Below, piece after piece: positions 51,000 to 58,502 of a stretch of DNA of 64,000 bases. Source of the stretch: Thermoplasmatales archaeon (lineage in GTDB: Archaea; Thermoplasmatota; Thermoplasmata; Thermoplasmatales; Thermoplasmataceae); the NCBI GenBank assembly GCA_027310185.1, contig DAIDBH010000006.1, positions 128,001 through 192,000 on the forward strand, written 5' to 3'. The position numbers were made by a program, and so were the translations under genes. The notes below the pieces were generated by a model that worked only from the letters and a program-made list of their open reading frames with translations, was not told where the DNA came from and did no database searches. Within the stretch, counting starts at the first letter, position 1, and the number at the start of each line of letters is the position of its first letter.

Positions 51000-51815
51000 T
51001 TATTTTGACTCCAGTTCAATGACATTCCTGAGCCATGGAAGAACTGACGTGAAGAATGATGGTCCGTGATGGGCAAAGAAATCTAGTTTTCCAGGAGTGC
51101 AGAATATGTTATTATTTCTGAAGGCAGATGTGTGACTCAAGGGTGTATCCTTCAATCTTTCTATGGTTTCTTTTTCAGTTGTCCCCCGGTACATTTTTCC
51201 CTCAAATATCATGATTTCTGGATCAAATTTCATGACCTGTTCATAATCTGGCTGAATCCATTCCTTGAGATCGTTATCGAAAGGTGTTGAAAGCCCATGC
51301 AGATTTAGAGTTGACGTAATGTAACTTAACGATCCGAATGATACCGGGCCTCCTAGATCTATCTCGAGATATGCCCTTTTATTTGCGTTACATGCAATAA
51401 AATTTTTTTGAAGTTCTCTAACAAGGACCTGGGCGTTTTTTATTTTTCCAGTTACCACACCGACCCGGCTTATCATATCCAGTATGCCATAGGGGGTTGA
51501 AGGAAGTTCAAACTGGAAAACTGTATACTTCTTCATTAATTCCTTTGTAAGACTCTCCTGATATCCAGATATAGTGAATATAATATCAGGATTTATTTCA
51601 TTGACTATGTTTTCATTATATGTGCTATAACTGCCTATCTTTCTTATCTTTTCAACTGATTCCGGTCTCCTGCAGAATGCACTTACCCCTTTGAGATTGC
51701 TTTCAAGACCTATGAGGCAGAGTGTTTCGGTAATTGAGGGATTAAGAGAAATTATACTGCCTATTGTGTCTGGGATGTTGACTTCCCTTAATGTAAAATC
51801 CCTTAATTTTGCCAT
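51000..51815 (-). CDS. Helical-backbone metal/cobalamin-binding protein (BtuF-like), no signal peptide
   Basis: IISLNPSITETL..IG, GVS.FC.RP and NPDII motifs. Confidence 0.8.
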   Translation of the reverse strand: MAKLRDFTLREVNIPDTIGSIISLNPSITETLCLIGLESNLKGVSAFCRRPESVEKIRKIGSYSTYNENIVNEINPDIIFTISGYQESLTKELMKKYTVFQFELPSTPYGILDMISRVGVVTGKIKNAQVLVRELQKNFIACNANKRAYLEIDLGGPVSFGSLSYITSTLNLHGLSTPFDNDLKEWIQPDYEQVMKFDPEIMIFEGKMYRGTTEKETIERLKDTPLSHTSAFRNNNIFCTPGKLDFFAHHGPSFFTSVLPWLRNVIELESK

Positions 51816-51816
51816 T

Positions 51817-52164
51817 TCAGAATGTTATCGGTACGTAGCCTTCCTGAAGAGCCTTAGCAAGTACTTCTCCTGCAGGTTCCAGAGTTATGTTCCTTGATTT
51901 TAGAGACTCTGAAATCTTCTTGTTATCTGCAATAAATACACATGCTGTTTTATAAATGCCAGCTTCCGTTGCCTCTCTGAGCATAGCATCAATCATGTCA
52001 TCTCCCTTAGCTATCATTTCCTGAGATGGCCCAAAGAAAAGAACCCTTACATCAGATACACGATTCTTCTGCTTCATGTTTATTGCCATCCTCAATCCAG
52101 TTAATGCTTTTTCCTTCTGTTCCAGGCCACTGCTTATTATGAATATGATTTTTGTGTCTGTCAT
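51817..52164 (-). CDS. DsrE-family protein
   Basis: V.VLFFGP, AC..IA and GYVPITF motifs. Confidence 0.85.
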   Translation of the reverse strand: MTDTKIIFIISSGLEQKEKALTGLRMAINMKQKNRVSDVRVLFFGPSQEMIAKGDDMIDAMLREATEAGIYKTACVFIADNKKISESLKSRNITLEPAGEVLAKALQEGYVPITF

Positions 52165-52276
52165 GCTAGTGAATTAAGTTAATATATAAAAATTATAAGT
52201 AGCTCTAAACTCTGAATTACGGATCAACCATATGAATGATAAATAATTTAATAATATGCTCTTAATTCAGAAAACC

Positions 52277-53236
52277 ATGAAATATGTTACAGTTAAAGCT
52301 TCAGCACACCCCACGATGGGTATTGTCCTACTCGGTGGACTTTCAGATCCAGTTTTGAGGCTGCCTTACCATAACTCAGCTGGAATCTGCTATTCCCTGG
52401 CAGATAAAGAATCTGTTGCAGAAACCTCCCTCACGATAACTGATGATGAAATGGAAAATACACTGAATGGTGAAAGGATTAACACAGAGGATACAAGATC
52501 ACCATTTAAGTTCATAGATTTATATAAAAATCAGATAAATAAAAAATATAAAGGAAACATTTACTTCAACTCAGAAAATCGGAACATAATAAGTGGTAGT
52601 TCTGATGCAGGAGCAGCTGCTCTTGGTAAGTGCATATCGTGGATTCTTCCTGATATAAATAATGATGAACTTGAACTGAACATGAGAAAAGTGTCTGAGA
52701 GTGCCGGCAGGAGTTATTACGGAGGCCTGACAGTTACAGAAGGCATACATAAGCCGTTAACAAGACAGATACTGGATGAGACAAAATTCAATGAATATAG
52801 AATCCTTAGTGTTGTATTTCCCCATAAGAGGAAACCATCTGATGATATCCATTTCAATCAGCCAAAGTCAGATTATTACAAAAAAAGGATATTGAATGCT
52901 GACCAAAACGTGATCACTCTTAAAGAACTGGCAGAGAAAAACGAAATAAGGAAAATATTTGAGCTTGCAATGAGAGATACAGACGATTACCATTACCTGA
53001 ACAGCCTTGTAGATGTAAAGATAGTTACAGACGAAATGAAGTCCCTGATGGAAAGAGTGCAGGAGATCAGAAGAAAATTCTGGGTCACATACATTGTGAC
53101 TGGTGGGAACAGTGTTTTCCTTGTTTCAGATAAGAAAAATGTCGAAACTGTAAAGGATATAGCTCTGGATCATTCAAAAGAGATTTACCTGTTAAAGGTT
53201 GCAGGCGGGGCTAGAATTATTGAACCCCGTAATTGA
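52277..53236 (+). CDS. Mevalonate-3-kinase (Thermoplasma-type mevalonate pathway)
   Basis: AHPTMGIVLLGG...R.P.H.SAGI.YS, SGSSDAGAA, VSESAGRS..GG and YIVTGG match the Ta1305 family as I recall it. Confidence 0.85.
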   Translation: MKYVTVKASAHPTMGIVLLGGLSDPVLRLPYHNSAGICYSLADKESVAETSLTITDDEMENTLNGERINTEDTRSPFKFIDLYKNQINKKYKGNIYFNSENRNIISGSSDAGAAALGKCISWILPDINNDELELNMRKVSESAGRSYYGGLTVTEGIHKPLTRQILDETKFNEYRILSVVFPHKRKPSDDIHFNQPKSDYYKKRILNADQNVITLKELAEKNEIRKIFELAMRDTDDYHYLNSLVDVKIVTDEMKSLMERVQEIRRKFWVTYIVTGGNSVFLVSDKKNVETVKDIALDHSKEIYLLKVAGGARIIEPRN

Positions 53237-53291
53237 AATATGAGTTCAGCAATAGGAAAGAATAAAAAGCTTAATTGTATTAGGATTCTGA

Positions 53292-53453
53292 ATGGCCGAA
53301 AAGAAGGATGGTTTCCAATCAGGGGCAGGTTTAATAAGGTATTTTGATGAAGAAGAAATCACAGGACCAGCGCTTGACCCTAAACTCGTTATATACATAG
53401 GCATAGCAATGGCCGTGGTTGTTGAACTGGCAAAAGTCTTCTGGCCCATTTGA
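53292..53453 (+). CDS. secG: Preprotein translocase Sec61-beta subunit (not in ORF track)
   Basis: MAEKKDGFQSGAGLIRYFDEEE..GP.LDP followed by one C-terminal TM helix; 53 aa. Confidence 0.93.
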   Translation: MAEKKDGFQSGAGLIRYFDEEEITGPALDPKLVIYIGIAMAVVVELAKVFWPI

Positions 53454-53569
53454 TCCAGCGTTGACATTCATATTCTTAAATCACAGTAAAAACCTAAGAC
53501 TGATTTTGATCAATAATAAAATGAAGGTTTATGCTTCCCTATACTAGTCATTATTTTTATTTTTAATGA

Positions 53570-53800
53570 TTAGTCATCTTGAATAAAACAATAAAATCTC
53601 CTTCTGGTATCGCTGAGACAAGTTTTAACACTTATCAACGATTCCTCCCTTAAGTGTTTCAAAGAACCCATTAGAGCCCTCTTTGAAAGCCCGGTTTCCT
53701 TCATAAGTGTCTTAACATCTGCTATTTTTATACTCTTCAAGGTTATTAATATGAGTCTTGATGAGGGTGTGAGTTCCTTAAATTTTTCTTCGCTTAACGT
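53570..53800 (-). CDS. Unannotated winged helix-turn-helix regulator (MarR/ArsR-like), probable ACG start
   Basis: (T)LSEEKFKELTPSSRLILITLKSIKIADVKTLMKETGLSKRALMGSLKHLREESLISVKTCLSDTRRRFYC; helix pattern plus a D.RR wing motif. Confidence 0.75.
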   Translation of the reverse strand, partial: TLSEEKFKELTPSSRLILITLKSIKIADVKTLMKETGLSKRALMGSLKHLREESLISVKTCLSDTRRRFYCFIQDD

Positions 53801-54056
53801 AAAACACCGATTATTTCATAGGTATAAATCTTACTTCATTTCAGAGAAGATAAATAAAATACAATAGGCGATATCGTGGATTTAAAATTGAAGACTTTGA
53901 ACGGTAAGAAATATGAAATTATATCTGCTGAACTGAATGGCTAAAGATAATCAAAACACGATGTTTATTCCCAAGATCGGGACAAAAAAAGTTAAAATTT
54001 TATTCACGATGAAAATGCAAATGTTTTTTAAACCAGATGAATTATGATTATTCTAT

Positions 54057-56951
54057 ATGAAACCAGTGATAAAGGAAGATAAAGCAGTGAGCGAAATAAT
54101 TGGTGCTATTCTCCTCTTTGCCATAGCCTCAGTGCTGTTGACAAGTTTTATTTTATGGTATGTGCCTAGCACTGGTACAAATAATGATCTATCGTATCAA
54201 AGTTCAACACAGAATGCATTTTCATCTCTGGACTCAAAGATGATCAATCCATCGGTGACTCCGGGAAGCGGTATTTCGCAAAGTTTCTCTCTTGGAATAA
54301 GTGGAACACCCCCATTTACACCATCACAGAGTACAAATCTTTACTATTCAAACAACTTCAATGCTAACCTCTCCTATGGAATGAATGTAAATTATACAAA
54401 TATAGTCACAAAGAAAACTGTATCAGTGGCGGCATGCGCTAACGCAAGTACTAGTAACATATTAGATAACAATTACGTTTCATCTCAATTTAGATATGCA
54501 GTGAACTTCCAGGAGACGGGTTTGCCAGCAGGATATTACTGGACCGTAACACTTGGAGGTGTCCAACAGTCAGGAAGCCCAGTTGGATCGCATTATGCAG
54601 ATACAATTTCTTTCAGTCTTTCAAGAGGGACATATAGTTATTTAATATCTTCAGACAACGTAACAGATAGAGCAAGTCCAGAGGGTGGTACAGTAAAGGT
54701 AACTAATCAGGAAGTAACCGTCCCTGTTGAGTTTACAAATTCTTTAAACAGTTCTACAGCATTGAGCATAGTTGCTGCGGCATATGGACCTTCAAAAGAA
54801 ACTAATGCTATTAACACTGCTAATTTCATAGGAGTGGTTGAGCAGGCGGATACATGTGACATCACATATCCAAATTACTGGTTAAATAATACCGCAAATC
54901 ACTTTGACGGATTGAGTGAGAATTATTATCCTCTTGCCTCTCAACAGTTTTTTATCTATCAGAAAGACACTCCTGTTAGTTACGTTGAATTTTACCTAGA
55001 ACCCAATATAGTTTATTATGAGCAAAAATATCAAGGAGAAGCGAATCTATTCATTACTATAAGCCAATCACCATTCGGAAGTAGTGTTAAGTACAGTACT
55101 ACATCAGTAAATGTGTCCCATACTCCAAACTGTGATGCCTACACTTCAACAAATATTCCGGAAAATGTATCTTTTCGTGATGGTACTCCGATACTTAATC
55201 CGACAGGGAAAACTAATACATATTATTTGAACTTCTATGAGGCAGTAAATGAGAGCCAAGCAAATTATAGTAGCTCAGGAGATGGATATTTACAATTTGA
55301 AAACACAAAAACTGGTTACGGGTATGGACCTAATGAGTTCATTGCAACCACTTCAGATCCGAGTATATCTGTAAACAACGGAATTTCTTATTATTATGAA
55401 GCAACAGTCGATGCAACGTGTACAGGTATTCATGGACATGGCCCTAATAATAATAGATATGGGGATACTGAATTCCACCTTTCATCGGAATTGTTAGTTC
55501 AGAGCTATGGCAGTTATTATTTCCTGTTGGGTTATAATGTAATAACAGAAAAAGCTGATGGTATACTTCATATACACCAATCAGGAATTAATACAACATA
55601 TCTGAAAAACACTAAAAAATTCTGGACATTTTATCTCGGAACAAAAGAATATTCTAGTAACACAGGGTGTATCACTATAACAGGATTATCTTATAAAGAA
55701 TATAATTATACTGTTCCTGATTTTGAAAAAAATATTTCCAACCCAGAGAATGGGTTTATATCAATAATTAGCACACGGAATGTAACTTATCTTAACGTAA
55801 GCTATTTTGCTCCAATAGGTTCTTTACCAAATTTTTGGGCCATATCAGACTGTGCTAAACAACAATTTGTTTTGGATAAGGGTGCAAAAGTGAATTATGT
55901 AACGCTATATCTTTATAATTTTACTATACCTCCGGGTTATAAGTCAGGAAGTACTCCAACAAATTATATAAATATAGAGTTATATAGTAAGACAGGGGAC
56001 CCAATAGTAAGTATAGATAAGAAAGTTGTTCAAACTGGATGGTCACAAATATTTCTGACTAGTTCAATAGGTGGCCATCAACCCATTGATTTAGGGAAAG
56101 GAGTATATAATATAACAGTGAGAGATGTAAACTCCACTGGTCAGATTTCATTCTCTGGAGAGATTGGCTGGGGATTTTCAATGATGGGGGGTTATAGCAA
56201 TTATTTACAGAGAGTAGAGTCGGATAGTATGACATCCGCTTTGAACGACTCTAGGGGTTCGGTACTCACTTCATATGACGCTAATTCACCAAACACATGT
56301 GATGTTACAAATCAATCATTCATATTTGGAATTGGCTATTACAATGTAACAGTATCAAGAGAAATAGTTCCATACAAAGTTACTGGAGATTTCCATATTC
56401 ACGGTTCCATAAATTCCGAGGGAGTTACGCAGTTTACTATATCTGAAACACAGGTTTTACAGGATGGGATTGTATTGACGGCAGGTAAGGGTGTTACATA
56501 TGTTACCGTTAATCCTCTTCCTATAAGGATAGTTTCTTCATCTAAAGGGATATCGCTAAGTTCAATCGCATATAACATGTCCATGGCAAAAGGGGTCTCA
56601 ACTTCTGTAAGTGGTGTTGGGAGTACGATTGTTTCAATGATCATGTCCAGGTCTACACTTGTAAATTACACCATGGGAAACAGTTATACCTTCAACAACA
56701 AGTTGGGAAAGGTTAACAGCATTTGTTTATACAATTACAGCTATATAATTCACTCGTCATATGCTTCCTACTGGGCCAATACCATGTTCACAGAATTACT
56801 AGGTTCAGGTTCTTACAGTAATTTCAACCTGTTTCATCGTTTTGATTTTCAACTTTCCAAGGATACAGAAAAAGTTTCCATGTCAGGTAAATATGTATCG
56901 CTATATTCAACAAACATAAAGAGCGTAGATTTTAATGTGGATTCTATCTAG
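54057..56951 (+). CDS. Very large archaeal type IV pilin-like surface glycoprotein (paralog 1)
   Basis: Class III signal peptide KA|VSEIIGAILLFAI; FQETGLP.GY.W.VTL beta-sandwich repeat; many N-x-S/T sequons. Confidence 0.85.
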   Translation: MKPVIKEDKAVSEIIGAILLFAIASVLLTSFILWYVPSTGTNNDLSYQSSTQNAFSSLDSKMINPSVTPGSGISQSFSLGISGTPPFTPSQSTNLYYSNNFNANLSYGMNVNYTNIVTKKTVSVAACANASTSNILDNNYVSSQFRYAVNFQETGLPAGYYWTVTLGGVQQSGSPVGSHYADTISFSLSRGTYSYLISSDNVTDRASPEGGTVKVTNQEVTVPVEFTNSLNSSTALSIVAAAYGPSKETNAINTANFIGVVEQADTCDITYPNYWLNNTANHFDGLSENYYPLASQQFFIYQKDTPVSYVEFYLEPNIVYYEQKYQGEANLFITISQSPFGSSVKYSTTSVNVSHTPNCDAYTSTNIPENVSFRDGTPILNPTGKTNTYYLNFYEAVNESQANYSSSGDGYLQFENTKTGYGYGPNEFIATTSDPSISVNNGISYYYEATVDATCTGIHGHGPNNNRYGDTEFHLSSELLVQSYGSYYFLLGYNVITEKADGILHIHQSGINTTYLKNTKKFWTFYLGTKEYSSNTGCITITGLSYKEYNYTVPDFEKNISNPENGFISIISTRNVTYLNVSYFAPIGSLPNFWAISDCAKQQFVLDKGAKVNYVTLYLYNFTIPPGYKSGSTPTNYINIELYSKTGDPIVSIDKKVVQTGWSQIFLTSSIGGHQPIDLGKGVYNITVRDVNSTGQISFSGEIGWGFSMMGGYSNYLQRVESDSMTSALNDSRGSVLTSYDANSPNTCDVTNQSFIFGIGYYNVTVSREIVPYKVTGDFHIHGSINSEGVTQFTISETQVLQDGIVLTAGKGVTYVTVNPLPIRIVSSSKGISLSSIAYNMSMAKGVSTSVSGVGSTIVSMIMSRSTLVNYTMGNSYTFNNKLGKVNSICLYNYSYIIHSSYASYWANTMFTELLGSGSYSNFNLFHRFDFQLSKDTEKVSMSGKYVSLYSTNIKSVDFNVDSI

Positions 56952-57008
56952 ACCTACAGTTGCGTCGCAGAAAAAACATATAATTAATTTTTAATTTTAA
57001 CCTTTTAT

Positions 57009-57806
57009 TTATAGATGCAATATTACACCATAATTTTGATACATGATGTAGAAAGCCACAATAATTACAATTATTGCGAACATTTGCGTGAGTCTCCTCT
57101 TTGGAACTCTTCCGGCAAGTCTTGCACCAAACCATCCCCCAAATATGCCTCCGACAATAAACAATGCTGATATAACTATATCAAGATCACCACTTATTGC
57201 GTACCTGGCTGCTGTAATCACTCCAAATGTACCCACAGCCATTAGGGATGTTCCCACTGCCTGTAGAATGTTTAGGCCTCCTCCAAACAGTAATCCTGGA
57301 ACTATAAGGAAACCGCCACCTATGCCAAAGTAACCTGATGCAAATCCTACAATGAGCCCTGTGAGGATGAGTATTTCCAACGACTTTGTAGAACTGGATA
57401 TCTTCCGCTGAACTTCTGATAGATCAATACATTTTCTCTTCAACATGTAAATTGCAATTCCTATCATGAGAAAACTGAAAAAGAATAACAGATCGTTTCC
57501 AGGAGTTAAGAGTCCTAATTCAGATCCGATCAATACGCCAACTATACCGGGAATTGTGAATTCAAGACCTATCTTGTAATTAACATGCTTCTTTAGAGTA
57601 TGCGGTATCAGGTTTAAATATGCATTCACGCCAACTGCCAGCGCTGTTGTACCTATCACTATGTGCGGATGATCAAAGCCGACAAAATATATCAATAGAG
57701 GTATGGCAAGAATTGAACCACCGCCACCGATAAGGCCAAGAGAAAATCCTACAAGAACACCAGAGATTATTGAAAGTATTATCTGAACCTCACTTATTGT
57801 AAACAT
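57009..57806 (-). CDS. Sulfite exporter TauE/SafE family
   Basis: Duplicated GLIGGGGS / GYFGIGGG and AVGTSL motifs. Confidence 0.92.
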   Translation of the reverse strand: MFTISEVQIILSIISGVLVGFSLGLIGGGGSILAIPLLIYFVGFDHPHIVIGTTALAVGVNAYLNLIPHTLKKHVNYKIGLEFTIPGIVGVLIGSELGLLTPGNDLLFFFSFLMIGIAIYMLKRKCIDLSEVQRKISSSTKSLEILILTGLIVGFASGYFGIGGGFLIVPGLLFGGGLNILQAVGTSLMAVGTFGVITAARYAISGDLDIVISALFIVGGIFGGWFGARLAGRVPKRRLTQMFAIIVIIVAFYIMYQNYGVILHL

Positions 57807-57813
57807 AGATCAT

Positions 57814-58173
57814 CTAGAATGTTATGACTGAATAGCCTTCCTTTATCCTGCTATCTACTTCAACTGCACCGTATACCAGTTCAAGGTTTTGAAATATATC
57901 TTCCTCCGACAACCCTTCCCCTTCAAGACTCACTTTACAGATCTTAACGGGAATGGATGCTTTTCTCAGATTTTCTAGCTGTTCCTTAAACTGAGTGGAA
58001 CTCTTCTGCGTGCTATTGGCAGCCTGTACTCCTCTGCCGAGATAGAGAAATTCAACGGTTGAACCCGCATTTTTAACAGCGTTAACTGCAAAGTTAAATG
58101 CTACCATTTCTGTATTTATATTCTCTTTACCTGTGATCAGCATAACAAGAATTTTAGTCATATTCATTATCAT
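57814..58173 (-). CDS. DsrE-family protein
   Basis: FLYLGRGV, KICKVS and GYSVITF; 7 nt upstream of the TauE gene. Confidence 0.82.
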   Translation of the reverse strand: MIMNMTKILVMLITGKENINTEMVAFNFAVNAVKNAGSTVEFLYLGRGVQAANSTQKSSTQFKEQLENLRKASIPVKICKVSLEGEGLSEEDIFQNLELVYGAVEVDSRIKEGYSVITF

Positions 58174-58502
58174 CTCTTCTTTTCTATCATATTTCTATCT
58201 ATAATTTAATTATTGTGAATATTTTAGAATATTTATGATTTATCTAGAACTACACCAGGTTGTGAAAATTAAATCATCCAGTGAAATGAGAATAGTAAAG
58301 AACTATCGTAAAAGTGTAACGAAATAATTAATTCCCGACTTAATATTTGAGGATGTAAAAACCGGAATATTTTGAGATGTTTTCCAAACAATCCCTAAAA
58401 TAGAAATTTCACTAATGATGACAAACTGGGTTTTTCTTTCACGCACTGTGCAATTTTTGTACATTAAAAGTGCTGTTTTATTCATTATGCCATGACCTGT
58501 TT

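Noticed and set aside
53246-53467. 73-aa minus-strand ORF
   Set aside because: Antisense to the real Sec61-beta gene.
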